NCBI GenBank assembly: GCA_018696395.1
Contig: JABHQR010000023.1
Coordinates: 15,180 to 79,179 of the forward strand
DNA length: 64,000 bases
Reading direction: 5' to 3'
Source of the DNA: an archaeon
GTDB lineage: Archaea > Nanobdellota > Nanobdellia > Woesearchaeales > GW2011-AR9
In this document: piece by piece, positions 1-10,257 of the stretch
Layout: each line of letters opens with the position of its first letter
How positions within the stretch are numbered: the stretch's first letter is position 1
Position numbers and translations under genes: made by a program
Notes under the pieces: model-generated
Database searches by the model: none
Told to the model about the DNA's origin: nothing
What the model saw: the letters and a program-made list of their open reading frames with translations, nothing else

Positions 1-113
1 TCAAAATTTGGAACTATACGATCATCAAAACCTTCACCAAAATAAAGAAAATAATCTCTTAAATCCTTAATCTCCTGTTCCAATGTTCGTTTTAAGTTCA
101 TTTTATGAGACAT
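1..113 (-). CDS. Partial CDS (5' end only), probable further member of the paralog array
   Basis: Manual translation from ATG at 113: MSHKMNLKRTLEQEIKDLRDYFLYFGEGFDDRIVPNF, open to the window edge. Starts 4 nt after the upstream stop and has the family N-terminal LEQEI motif. Confidence 0.75.
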   Translation of the reverse strand, partial: MSHKMNLKRTLEQEIKDLRDYFLYFGEGFDDRIVPNF

Positions 114-117
114 TTAG

Positions 118-1440
118 TTAACCCCTAACTTCCAACTTTTTCCCTCTAACAATAAAATCATACAGATTACTGTTAGTATCCTTGACCATCCCCATTAAAT
201 TCCTAGACCAAATGATTGCACAATCTATTTTTTGTTCAGGCGTATCACCTAAAAATATAGCTTCATTCAAATTATCAAAATAAGTAAACTTAAATTTACG
301 ATAGATTTTATTAAAAGATAAATTAGCCCCAGAAGGAACACTTGACCGAACATATGAATCACACATTTGATAAGCGTCACAGATATTCTTAATATTTGAC
401 ATAGAAAGATTATTTTTAAAATCAGAATCTACTAAATAAGGAGCTATATTCTGTTGATAATAGGTGAAATCATCTAAATCAATGTAATTTAAATTAGGAT
501 TAACCAATATTTTTTGAATTTCAAGTCTAAATTGACCCTCAGTTCTGATTCTATTACCATCAATTTGTCCCATCAAATAAGAGATAGTTTCATCATAAAC
601 CTCTTTATCGAGTAATTTATCTTTATAATTTAACAAATTTTTAACAGCCCATTTCCCTTTATCATTAAGAGCTCCATTAAAATTATTTAATGTTGAAGCA
701 ATAGTAGATCCTTTCTTACATGAACCAAGAATCTCAAAAATATCTTTAATTAATTTATCTTTAAGTTCAATAGGAGTAATGAAAGAAGAACTAATTTCAT
801 TAAAAAAATGATTAAGATTAACTTCAAAAGTCTTTTTGTTAAAATTCTTTCCTTCAAGGTAATCTTGTTTATTGAAAACAAGTTTCATATTATCTTGGGA
901 ATAGAATTCAGATAAGTTATTTAGATAAGCATTTAGAGATTTATTTACTTTAATTTTAAATTCAGGAGTTCCAATTCCAAGACCACAAAATCTTCTGTTA
1001 AATAAAGAATGGACTGAGTCTAAATTAGAATTTAAATTATTACAAAAAACACCTAACAAAGGACTTTCTTTATAATTATTAAATAGATTATTTAAATTTT
1101 GTAATTGAGAGGGATCATATTCTAACTTAGTAAAAATATTTTGAATCAAAACAAAAGTATAATTTGAATCATCAAACTCAGTTTCATTCCAATAATCAAA
1201 AGTTTTTTTCATGACATTATTAAATACAAACAAATCATTTTCATTATTAAAATGTTGATAAGATGAAGTAACCAATGATTCAAATAAATCATCATAAAAA
1301 TAATTTAAATGTTCAGGACATTTAGTTACAATATGTTTTATGAGATCTTTGGATGAATCTAAAAAATCTTCACTAAAGGATTTATCTTTAACTGCAAAAT
1401 CTAAAATCACGTTTACAAGTCCTTCAAGATCCCTTTTCAT
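118..1440 (-). CDS. Array paralog (variable N-term, conserved C-terminal helical domain), 440 aa
   Basis: C-term DSDFKNNLSMSNIKNICDAY...YFDNLNEAIFLGDTPEQKIDCAIIW matches the family consensus; N-term DLEGLV. Confidence 0.85.
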   Translation of the reverse strand: MKRDLEGLVNVILDFAVKDKSFSEDFLDSSKDLIKHIVTKCPEHLNYFYDDLFESLVTSSYQHFNNENDLFVFNNVMKKTFDYWNETEFDDSNYTFVLIQNIFTKLEYDPSQLQNLNNLFNNYKESPLLGVFCNNLNSNLDSVHSLFNRRFCGLGIGTPEFKIKVNKSLNAYLNNLSEFYSQDNMKLVFNKQDYLEGKNFNKKTFEVNLNHFFNEISSSFITPIELKDKLIKDIFEILGSCKKGSTIASTLNNFNGALNDKGKWAVKNLLNYKDKLLDKEVYDETISYLMGQIDGNRIRTEGQFRLEIQKILVNPNLNYIDLDDFTYYQQNIAPYLVDSDFKNNLSMSNIKNICDAYQMCDSYVRSSVPSGANLSFNKIYRKFKFTYFDNLNEAIFLGDTPEQKIDCAIIWSRNLMGMVKDTNSNLYDFIVRGKKLEVRG

Positions 1441-2634
1441 TTATAACTCGCCCCCTACAGACAACTGAAAGTAACTAAATAACCTATCTGGATTTTTCTT
1501 GATTAAACTATAAGTATTAAGCAAAAATTCAGTCATAAGATTCTTTTTATCTGAAATGTTGTCTGCTTGAGAAGTAGCTTCTTCAATGCCTGAAGCAAAA
1601 CATTTTGCAAATTTATCTTTAAAATCTGATTCTTTAAAACCAACTATAAAATTTCTATTCAACAGATTATAACTTAAATTATAAATATTCATGATTCTAT
1701 TGATATCCTTACAATTCAAACTCCTCGTTAATTCAGTGTCAGAGATATAAACTTGAAAATGACCTAAATATTGTTCAATCACTTTTGGCTTCAACTCAGA
1801 ATAATAAGGATCTTTGTTAACATAATTTAATATTTCAAAATGCCAAGAATTGATTTCATATAAAGACAATGCTTTCTTAAATCTATCCCTAGAAGTTAAA
1901 GTTGTTACAAATTCTTTTAAAAATGAACTGGGTTCTTCATCAAAAAGAGTTATTAATTTATCATGAATTTTTACAAACTGGTTAACTTCAGAGATACTAA
2001 AACAATAATTTAAAATTGTTAATACATTATCCAAATTATTTCTTACTTTATCAAGGTCATGTCTTAAAAAATAAGAGGACATACCTAGATTAGTAATTAA
2101 TTCTTTTCCAGAATCAGGATTTGCTTTATCTAAAATAATTTTTTTAACTTGATCTTCTAAATATATGGAAAAAACATTATGTCCAATTTCTAAACAATTA
2201 ATTCCACCATCAGCCCCTATAAAAATATTTAATTCAATTAATCCTTTAAAGAGATCTTTTTGCATATGATCTTCTAAAAGGGAATAATCTTCCAAGATTT
2301 GACATGCAATTGAACCTAACTTTTGTGATTGATCCCTAAATGAAGATAATAACTCCAAACCAGACCCAAAACGATTTTGCTTTTTTAACAATTCAAGATA
2401 TTTTGGAAGTTCCAATTCAATTTTATTTTCTAGATGATTGGACGAATTTAATTGTAATTTAGTGAGATTATCTGAATTAATTAAATTGTTTAGAAGAGTT
2501 CTTATTTGATAATTTTTATCTAAAAAAGTGTAATGTTTAATAACTTCTGGAACCAAACATACTAAATCATTAAAATTATCTTGATCATTGTAAACTTTAC
2601 GCAAATCTTTCATAATTTTTCTCTGAGAACTCAT
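1441..2634 (-). CDS. Array paralog, 397 aa
   Basis: C-term ISDTELTRSLNCKDINRIMNIYNL...FASGIEEATSQADNISDKKNLMTEF...LIKKNPDRLFSYF. Confidence 0.85.
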   Translation of the reverse strand: MSSQRKIMKDLRKVYNDQDNFNDLVCLVPEVIKHYTFLDKNYQIRTLLNNLINSDNLTKLQLNSSNHLENKIELELPKYLELLKKQNRFGSGLELLSSFRDQSQKLGSIACQILEDYSLLEDHMQKDLFKGLIELNIFIGADGGINCLEIGHNVFSIYLEDQVKKIILDKANPDSGKELITNLGMSSYFLRHDLDKVRNNLDNVLTILNYCFSISEVNQFVKIHDKLITLFDEEPSSFLKEFVTTLTSRDRFKKALSLYEINSWHFEILNYVNKDPYYSELKPKVIEQYLGHFQVYISDTELTRSLNCKDINRIMNIYNLSYNLLNRNFIVGFKESDFKDKFAKCFASGIEEATSQADNISDKKNLMTEFLLNTYSLIKKNPDRLFSYFQLSVGGEL

Positions 2635-3896
2635 TCAACCATCACCTCTTGCAGGAAATATGTTTTGAAAAGTCCAGGATCTTTTTTTACTAAAGAAGAT
2701 GTTTCATTGATCCATTCTAAAAGATAAATCTCTTTCTGATGATTACTTTCTACCAAAGAGATTGTTTCATTTAAATATTTAAAAAAGTAATCATCAAGCT
2801 TATCATTAACAACATTTTTACCTAAAAGATTAGTTATATCATTTTCAAAAAGTTCAGACATATTTGTATTAATAACATTATAAACAAGATCATATAACAC
2901 AATCAATCTATTAATGCAATTATAAGATATTTCGTTCTTAAATTCAGAATCATTAATTTCTTCTCTAAAACATTCTGAATATCTTAAGCAAAGCCCTATA
3001 TCAAACCCATCTTTATCTTTGGACATACTATAATAATCTAAATTATTTTCAGTTTGATTTAGACTAGAAGATTTATTTATAACCTTTAAAGTGTCCTCAT
3101 AATTAATTTTTTCTTGATAAGAGTTGATAGAATCCAATAATTTAATAAAATCTTTTTGATTTTTAATGTTAATATTAGTTTTATAAGTTAAAATTAAATT
3201 TAATAAAACCATTTGATTTTCATTTTTACATGACCTGTATAGATTAGACAATCTTTTAATATTGAGATTTAATTTGTCCCCGTTAGATTTAAATAATTGA
3301 TAACAATTCTCAAAAGAGCTTATCATCCAAATAGAATCAAGATTACTTAATTGTTGATGTTCAAAAAATATTTCTTTAAGTAGATCAGATGTTGTAAAAT
3401 AATTAATTTTGTTTTTTATAGATTCTCTTTTTTTAGGATCATCTTTAAGATATAGTTCCCTAGCATAATTAGAAAGATAGTTTATTAATGATTCAGAGAT
3501 TTGGGTATTAGAAAATGATTTAATGGATGAGATCACATTTGAACATAAATCAAACTTAACTTTTGGATGAAAGTCACTTCTTAAAATATCATTTAAACCC
3601 ACAATGATCCGATTAAACTTGTTATGATTACCATCAGGAAGATTATCTTTTAATACATCTAAAAGAGAGCCCATCTTTGAAAATTTAGGATTAGAGTGAT
3701 CATAATTGATTATCTTTTTGAAGAGATCTACTGATTGTTGTTCACAATTTTGATTTGTGACATAATTAAAAACAGACCTAATATCACTTTCAATTATTTC
3801 AGGAGCCAGTTCTAGATCAATACCCATATCCTGAATCCCAGAATATACTTGGTTGGATATAGACATAATTTGATTAATTTCATGTTCCAATCTCAT
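2631..3896 (-). CDS. Array paralog, 421 aa
   Basis: N-term MRLEHEI; C-term INDSEFKNEISYNCINRLIVLYDL...FFKYLNETISLVESNHQKEIYLLEW...LVKKDP. Confidence 0.85.
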   Translation of the reverse strand: MRLEHEINQIMSISNQVYSGIQDMGIDLELAPEIIESDIRSVFNYVTNQNCEQQSVDLFKKIINYDHSNPKFSKMGSLLDVLKDNLPDGNHNKFNRIIVGLNDILRSDFHPKVKFDLCSNVISSIKSFSNTQISESLINYLSNYARELYLKDDPKKRESIKNKINYFTTSDLLKEIFFEHQQLSNLDSIWMISSFENCYQLFKSNGDKLNLNIKRLSNLYRSCKNENQMVLLNLILTYKTNINIKNQKDFIKLLDSINSYQEKINYEDTLKVINKSSSLNQTENNLDYYSMSKDKDGFDIGLCLRYSECFREEINDSEFKNEISYNCINRLIVLYDLVYNVINTNMSELFENDITNLLGKNVVNDKLDDYFFKYLNETISLVESNHQKEIYLLEWINETSSLVKKDPGLFKTYFLQEVMVE

Positions 3897-5200
3897 CCCA
3901 CCATCACCTCTGGTGTGAATATTTTTAACGCACCAAAATTTTTTTCAAAAATCCAAGATTCACGTTTCATAACCCTAGTAACTTCTTTTGACCAATTAAC
4001 AAGAAGACTCTTCTTTTCACCAAGATTATTGCCAATCCCTATAACTTCATTCATTGCAGATTGATATTCAACTTTTAAGTCATTTAAATCATACAGGTGT
4101 GCCCATCTAGTAGTATTCCAATTAGGATAAGATTCAACAATCCTATAAATTAATTCATATGATTCCATCAAACATTTAATCTCTTTCATAGAAAGATCAT
4201 TTCTTAATTCATGATCTTCAATTTTTGAATGAAGTAAAGATAAATAAGTTGGATAGATATTATTGTCATAATTTGGTTGGTTAGTTTTCTTTAGCTCATT
4301 TATACCATATTTAAATTGATCAATAGATTTCACTTCATTAAACATAATTAATAAAGAATTATAATCCAAACTATCTTTATGTTCAGTTAATATTTGATAA
4401 TAATCAACCATCACACCAATTTTTTGCCCCTTAGTATATTTTTTATCCCATATAGTTTTACTCAATAAATCAATTTGTTCTTTGGTCTCACAACGATTAT
4501 AAAGAACAGCCAACACTTTAAATTGTTCTAATGCATCTTCTTTTCCTAAGCAGTAAGATAATGGATTAAAACTCCTAAATATACTTTGTAGTTGATTCAG
4601 GCTGTAGTCTTTATGTTTCATAAAAAGTTCAGTGCAACAATCTAAAGATAAACCATTTAATAATACCTTAGAATCAAACACTTTATTTCTTCCAGAATGT
4701 GAAACAAAATGTTTTAATGGAGAAACAACATCATAATAAACAAGATCAATTAAATCAGAGGAGACATCAGATTGAGAATAAGGGATTAAGAATTCAGATA
4801 AAGGGATAATTAGATCTAAAACAGTTTCATTAAATAATTTTGACAATTTCAAAAAACTTTTTTCTGAACCCATATAATCTTTAAAAAGATCTAACATAAA
4901 ATCAGTTTTTGTTTCATCATTTTTTTCATCATATAATTTTAGCTTTAAGATAACATTCCTTATTTTAACATGATTATATTTCTTCCTAAAATATTTACCT
5001 AAATCATTTTCATGGTCATAGGTAACAACACCTCTTTCAATACAATCATCACTATGATTAAATATCACACCCATATCTTCAATAATTTCATCTAAATTTC
5101 TTCTAAAAATTTTACTATTATCAATTAGTTCAGAGTAAGATTCCCTTAAAGAGCCTAATGATTCGTTTACATCTATTTCCCAAGGAAACTGTTCACTCAT
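3893..5200 (-). CDS. Array paralog, 435 aa
   Basis: C-term IEDHELRNDLSMKEIKCLMESYEL...AMNEVIGIGNNLGEKKSLLVNWSKEVTRVMK. Confidence 0.85.
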   Translation of the reverse strand: MSEQFPWEIDVNESLGSLRESYSELIDNSKIFRRNLDEIIEDMGVIFNHSDDCIERGVVTYDHENDLGKYFRKKYNHVKIRNVILKLKLYDEKNDETKTDFMLDLFKDYMGSEKSFLKLSKLFNETVLDLIIPLSEFLIPYSQSDVSSDLIDLVYYDVVSPLKHFVSHSGRNKVFDSKVLLNGLSLDCCTELFMKHKDYSLNQLQSIFRSFNPLSYCLGKEDALEQFKVLAVLYNRCETKEQIDLLSKTIWDKKYTKGQKIGVMVDYYQILTEHKDSLDYNSLLIMFNEVKSIDQFKYGINELKKTNQPNYDNNIYPTYLSLLHSKIEDHELRNDLSMKEIKCLMESYELIYRIVESYPNWNTTRWAHLYDLNDLKVEYQSAMNEVIGIGNNLGEKKSLLVNWSKEVTRVMKRESWIFEKNFGALKIFTPEVMVG

Positions 5201-6270
5201 GCTACCATCACCTCTTGCATAAGATTACTTCGGAAAAGATCAGGATCTTCTTTGATCAATCTTTTAATATCATAACAAAAAGAAAGCATATTTCTTGTTC
5301 TTTCATTTACAGAATCACCCATTACCATTACATCATTTAAATGTTCAAAGAAATAATTCTTCCCAATTACTGATCCTTTAGTATAATAATCTAATGTTCC
5401 TGAAACAAGGTCATATGTATCTACTAAAACTTTAATTTGACCCATGTTAAGATAATATTTGGTATCAACTTTAAGCCTATTCCTAATATTCAAACAATAA
5501 TCTTGAAAGATAGGTATATCTACTTTCCCAATATTTTCATAATCTCGAACCTCATATATTAAAGCAATTAATTCGTTAAAATCTAAATCTTGACATATAG
5601 CGTCTTGATACATTATGGCTTCTTTTTTATTTTGAGGTTCTAATTCAATATCAAATAATAAAGTTAAATAGTTATAAAGTTCTGGTGTTCTTTCATGTTC
5701 AGAGTTATGTTTATAAAATAGTTTACACGCTCCTGAAAGGACAATATCTTTATAATCAGAACTAGCATAATGATGTAATATATTAGTAGTGATATCAAAT
5801 AGAGTACGTCTTTTGTTAGAATCATATAATTCAAATTTATCATCAATATCCCAAGCAGTAAATGGTAATTCCAAATAATCAAAGTTAAGGTTAGCTTTAT
5901 TTTTTAAAATAAAATTGTTTAACTTCTTTATGGGTACCAATAAGTGTTTATCATACAAAAAATTACGATCATGATTTATTCCAATACACAGATAATGATT
6001 ATTGGATAATATTTTTTTATAAAAATCATGATTTTTGAAAATTTCTATAATTTCAATTACTTGTTCATAATAATCTAATATTTCATGTTTATCCTCTTCA
6101 GAATTAGGAAAAAACCTATGCCAGTCTGATATTTGTTCAAGGTAAAAAGTATTTGAATCATTCTCTGAATAAGAATAAATTTTTCTTCCTAACTGGTCTA
6201 ATATTTTATCAAGATTTTCATCAATCTTATTTTCCAATCCAGAATCTTTTGAAGTGGTCATTTTCTTCAT
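5197..6270 (-). CDS. Array paralog, 357 aa (same subfamily as 15896-16897)
   Basis: N-term GLENKI; C-term KYYLNMGQIKVLVDTYDL...FFEHLNDVMVMGD...MLSFCYDIKRLIKEDP. Confidence 0.85.
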   Translation of the reverse strand: MKKMTTSKDSGLENKIDENLDKILDQLGRKIYSYSENDSNTFYLEQISDWHRFFPNSEEDKHEILDYYEQVIEIIEIFKNHDFYKKILSNNHYLCIGINHDRNFLYDKHLLVPIKKLNNFILKNKANLNFDYLELPFTAWDIDDKFELYDSNKRRTLFDITTNILHHYASSDYKDIVLSGACKLFYKHNSEHERTPELYNYLTLLFDIELEPQNKKEAIMYQDAICQDLDFNELIALIYEVRDYENIGKVDIPIFQDYCLNIRNRLKVDTKYYLNMGQIKVLVDTYDLVSGTLDYYTKGSVIGKNYFFEHLNDVMVMGDSVNERTRNMLSFCYDIKRLIKEDPDLFRSNLMQEVMVA

Positions 6271-6275
6271 TCACC

Positions 6276-8705
6276 TTACACCAGATACATCTCAACGATA
6301 TCTCTTGCTACGTAAGGTAAAGTTTCTGGCCTTACAACCAATTGAGCATGAGTAGCAAATTCTTTAATTTCGTTATAAGCTTCAATTTCACTGCTATCAA
6401 CCTGATCGCTAGATTTTGTTAAAATGTAAAATACTTTAATATCCTGGTCAGTTGCTTCCTTGATAGCCATCTTAGTATCGTAAACACCTCCCTCATAACT
6501 ATAATCTGCAGGCCTCCCATCAGCAAACAAGAATAAAATCTTATCTTCTGATTTGCCATCTAACAATTTTCTGGTAACTGACCTAATTGCAGCACCGTCC
6601 CGATTTGCATTTCCGGGGTCAATAGTAGTTAATGCATTAATATGGTCAAATTCGTACAGATCTGTATTCCTGTATGATTGGTAAAGAAATTTTCGAATAT
6701 TAAAATCATCGTCCATTTCTAAATCCCTGAATGAAATATCAATAATAGCTGCAGCAATTTTTTCAATATCTAAAATGTTAGTTTTTCTTTTTAGATTAAC
6801 AATTGATTGAGCTCCTGATGCCAACTTTTGACTAGTTGAACCAGACCCATCAAGTAATAAAGCAATATCATAATTTCTTTTATTAATTAAACTAGCATCA
6901 TAAAATCTTTGCTGAGATGCAAAATGTGGATCAATAGAAGCAAACACAACACCAACAGGGTTAAAAGAGTGAGGAGTAGATTGCATTCTTTCTACTTGTA
7001 ATTGATTAAGTTTAAGTTGTTCAAACTGTTCATATACACCAGTGATTACATTTCCATAAAGTGACCTAATTCTTCTTTCAAAATCAGGATCACCACCACT
7101 TAATCGTTTATTAAATATTTCTGAAGGAACTACTTGCTGTTTCTTAGAGTCATATTCATAAAATATTTCTTTAGACACATCATCTTTATCTTCATTATTA
7201 ATTAACCCATCTTTACTTGGCACTGGGTTCTTTTTCTTTTTATAATGTTCAGGACTAATATTCTCAGCAATTTTATCTACCCTACTTTGAATTTCATCTT
7301 TTCTTTCTTTCAATTCATCAACACTTTTAGGTTTAATTGATCCTTGAGTAAAATCATCAGTTTTTCCGAAAGTAGGATTTTGATCATCATTCCAATCTTC
7401 ACTTTTAGAATTGTCTCCTTCACCATTTTGATCAGTTTTACTTTGACCCTGATCACCTTCACCTTTCCCACCACTTCTACCTTCCCCAGTGCCACCACAT
7501 TGATTATTTCTTTGAGAACGATAATTGTTAACTGGTTCAGGAAATTGTAGTTCCAACATCCGATACAATTCAGGTAATAATCCAACCGCTTCACATACAT
7601 TTTTACCACGTAAATCATATACCTTTTCAGCCATATTATTCATTAAATCACGATAATTGTAAATACCCAATTCTTGAAGTTCTGGAACTGTTTCTTTATT
7701 GAAAAATTTAAACTCAAACTCTTTAATTTCATTTATATCATTGTACCTTTCTTGATTAGAAGCCCTGTTCATTTCTAACCTTTTACCACTAAGGTATTCA
7801 TTACCATTAGCACTTAACACTTCAGAAAGAGTACTCCCACAATTTTGACCACATTTAATTTTACGTAACCACGCATTTTTAAAATTTATAAAATCATATA
7901 TTTTGACTTTTTGTTCTAACTGTTCCGCAGATTCTGTTGTTTGTTCTAAAAGTTTAGTTTCATCAGGTTGGTCATTTGAATCATTTTTAGCTTTATATTC
8001 AGGATCTTTATATTCTCCTTGAATTCCAATCAATACTAGGTTAATAAAATCTAAACAAACTTTAAAATCAGATCTTGATTTAATCCTATCACAAAGGTTA
8101 ACTTCAATCCTATAATCTTCAACAATATTAAATAAATCTGCAGCTAATCCAGAATTAGTTCCAGAAGTTTCCACTTCACTCCCAGTTCCTTTTTCCTCTT
8201 TATCTTTCTTGGTATATACTGAAGAATCATTACCAATGATTGAATCAATACTAGAATCACCAATATTAGCCCCATTTGGTCTTACAATTGGAACTTTACC
8301 ACCATACAAATCATTAAAAATATCTTCTAAATTTAATGGTTCAAAACTCCCTTCTAAAATATGTGCTGCTTCATGAATAAGAATACCTTTGTAAAGAGTG
8401 ATATTTCTGTTTCCAGTTAAAACATGTTTATTATCTTTCTTAAAATCATTTATTTTTGCTGCTAATTGGATCTCAAATAAATTATCAGTATATTCAGTAC
8501 TTTTTCTCAAAAGATAAGTTACACCATAACCACTACCTGCTTTAATTGGAACTTTACCCCCTAACAGAGGAATATTGGTAACCAAATAATGTTCACAAAA
8601 AGAAGAATTTTCTTTAAATTCTTCAAGACTTACACCTATTGGCATTGCTGCTTGAAAGATCATTCTAAGACGTCTAAGTCTTCTTTCCATTTCATCGTTT
8701 GACAT
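6276..8705 (-). CDS. NorD/CbbO-like von Willebrand factor A domain protein with N-terminal HExxH region
   Basis: MIDAS LLLDGSGST; NRDGAAIR...KILFLFADGRPAD.YEG..DTKMAIKEA as in NorD/CbbO C-termini; N-term ILIHEAAHIL and FNIVEDYRIE; Gly/Asp-rich linker. Confidence 0.85.
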   Translation of the reverse strand: MSNDEMERRLRRLRMIFQAAMPIGVSLEEFKENSSFCEHYLVTNIPLLGGKVPIKAGSGYGVTYLLRKSTEYTDNLFEIQLAAKINDFKKDNKHVLTGNRNITLYKGILIHEAAHILEGSFEPLNLEDIFNDLYGGKVPIVRPNGANIGDSSIDSIIGNDSSVYTKKDKEEKGTGSEVETSGTNSGLAADLFNIVEDYRIEVNLCDRIKSRSDFKVCLDFINLVLIGIQGEYKDPEYKAKNDSNDQPDETKLLEQTTESAEQLEQKVKIYDFINFKNAWLRKIKCGQNCGSTLSEVLSANGNEYLSGKRLEMNRASNQERYNDINEIKEFEFKFFNKETVPELQELGIYNYRDLMNNMAEKVYDLRGKNVCEAVGLLPELYRMLELQFPEPVNNYRSQRNNQCGGTGEGRSGGKGEGDQGQSKTDQNGEGDNSKSEDWNDDQNPTFGKTDDFTQGSIKPKSVDELKERKDEIQSRVDKIAENISPEHYKKKKNPVPSKDGLINNEDKDDVSKEIFYEYDSKKQQVVPSEIFNKRLSGGDPDFERRIRSLYGNVITGVYEQFEQLKLNQLQVERMQSTPHSFNPVGVVFASIDPHFASQQRFYDASLINKRNYDIALLLDGSGSTSQKLASGAQSIVNLKRKTNILDIEKIAAAIIDISFRDLEMDDDFNIRKFLYQSYRNTDLYEFDHINALTTIDPGNANRDGAAIRSVTRKLLDGKSEDKILFLFADGRPADYSYEGGVYDTKMAIKEATDQDIKVFYILTKSSDQVDSSEIEAYNEIKEFATHAQLVVRPETLPYVARDIVEMYLV

Positions 8706-8811
8706 TTTTATAGTTTTTTAAATTTAAGTTAGTTAATGATATGATATTCTTAATCATGCATCTGTAATTAAAAAATCACAATTATTTAAATTAAAAAAAA
8801 TAATTTCAGAT

Positions 8812-10059
8812 TTAGACTCCTTGCGTAGCGTCTTTAGGTTTAGGTATTAAATCATAAGATGTTGCAATTGCAGCAAGATGACTCCATTGATTAGTACCCG
8901 TACTTGATATCATTTTATCTGCCAAAGCACCATGTAATAACTTATCTAATATTTCATAGGTTGTTGCATGTGTAGCTCTTTCAGAATCACCAAACAGTTC
9001 TAAATTATCTTTATATGTTTGAAATCCAACTTCAATGGTTCTTTGATCAGGATAAACTAATGATATCCCGTTACCCTCAGGAGTATGTTCAGATCTCACT
9101 TCAGAACTGATTGTTTGATATAATGAGTCTGGACCACTAGTAATATTTTTTATATTAACAACTCCCCTTAATGCAGTTAAGAATTTCAAATAACTTAAAT
9201 AAAAATCCCCTTGGCCTTCAATTTGTTCTTTAACTTTTTTCCAAGCATCAGAATCATGTTTAACATTTTCTCTATTAAAATATTGATAAGTTGCTAATTT
9301 TCCAACTTCCCTAATAACTTCTTTATTAGCAATATTCATCCAATTACCGCTATCATTTTTTTCTAAATACATTAACAAATCACGTTTAGGCTCATAAATA
9401 ATTCCTCTTTCTTCTAATGGAAGATCAATATCTATTCCCATAGTTTTAAAAGCAACATATGCACCTAAAAAAGAATCAATATCATTAAAAATAGATGGAG
9501 AACATCTACTTTTATGAGAAAATTCAAAATTATCTCTACCAGAAGTAGTTCTTTTTGGATTAAAAGTTTCAGCATAAACAAAGTCTTCAACGTCCCAACC
9601 ATGTTTATCTTTCATTTCTCTTAATGTAACTTTATTTCCTTGTTTATCAAGAACTGTAAAGTCTAAAAAATCTCCAGTTAATAACATAGAAAGTGATTTT
9701 TGTGAATGAGGTGGCATTTCACTACTTTCTTCATTTAAGAAAATTGCAGATTTATTTCTAAGAGCAGATGTTAGTTCAGTATCTGAATAAAAAGTAGTTC
9801 CATTAGAAAAAGCTGGCCTTCCTTGATAATCAAATTCCTGTTCATGAATATGGCAAGTTCTTGCAAATACTGTCCGATCGAAAATATCTGCTACGAATCT
9901 GATTGCACTAGATTTACCATTACCTGGTTCACCTTGTAAAGCAATATTCTTTTTTCGTCTCATTGCTGATGCTAACCATCTAATTTCATCCATGTAAGAT
10001 GTCTTACCTTGGTTTGCAATGTATAATCTATTAAATTGAGAATTTTTTTCTTGTGTCAT
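8812..10059 (-). CDS. Divergent MoxR-family AAA+ ATPase (CbbQ/NirQ/NorQ-like)
   Basis: Walker A GEPGNGKS; TCHIHEQEFDYQGR (cf. CbbQ ACHED.T..DL.GR); Walker B-position IFLNEESSE; sensor I AETFNP; Arg finger region HKSRC; adjacent to a VWA gene. Confidence 0.8.
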   Translation of the reverse strand: MTQEKNSQFNRLYIANQGKTSYMDEIRWLASAMRRKKNIALQGEPGNGKSSAIRFVADIFDRTVFARTCHIHEQEFDYQGRPAFSNGTTFYSDTELTSALRNKSAIFLNEESSEMPPHSQKSLSMLLTGDFLDFTVLDKQGNKVTLREMKDKHGWDVEDFVYAETFNPKRTTSGRDNFEFSHKSRCSPSIFNDIDSFLGAYVAFKTMGIDIDLPLEERGIIYEPKRDLLMYLEKNDSGNWMNIANKEVIREVGKLATYQYFNRENVKHDSDAWKKVKEQIEGQGDFYLSYLKFLTALRGVVNIKNITSGPDSLYQTISSEVRSEHTPEGNGISLVYPDQRTIEVGFQTYKDNLELFGDSERATHATTYEILDKLLHGALADKMISSTGTNQWSHLAAIATSYDLIPKPKDATQGV

Positions 10060-10193
10060 TTTTCTTTTATTTACCCCATATGTTTAGATATTTTCATCAT
10101 TATTTTTTATCAATTTACAACTGTTAATTCAAACAGCATTACATCTAATAATTTTACCAATAACACTATCACCTAGATACACCTCAGAACAGC

Positions 10194-10240
10194 TATCACT
10201 AATTAGTGGTACCGAGGCATGATATTTATAAATCTTTTGG
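10194..10240 (-). promoter_or_regulatory. Internal archaeal promoter (BRE+TATA) for the AAA-VWA-downstream paralog block, with an 18-bp imperfect palindrome near the expected start site
   Basis: Minus strand CCAAAAGA-TTTATAAA (TATA 10225-10232); TATCACTAATTAGTGGTA at 10194-10211 is 16/18 self-complementary. Confidence 0.6.
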
Positions 10241-10257
10241 TTATTTAGAGAGAGATA

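Noticed and set aside
2631-5215. C-terminal EVMV[EGA] as a protein sorting signal
   Set aside because: It is explained by the overlapping GAGGTGATGG ribosome-binding site of the next gene.
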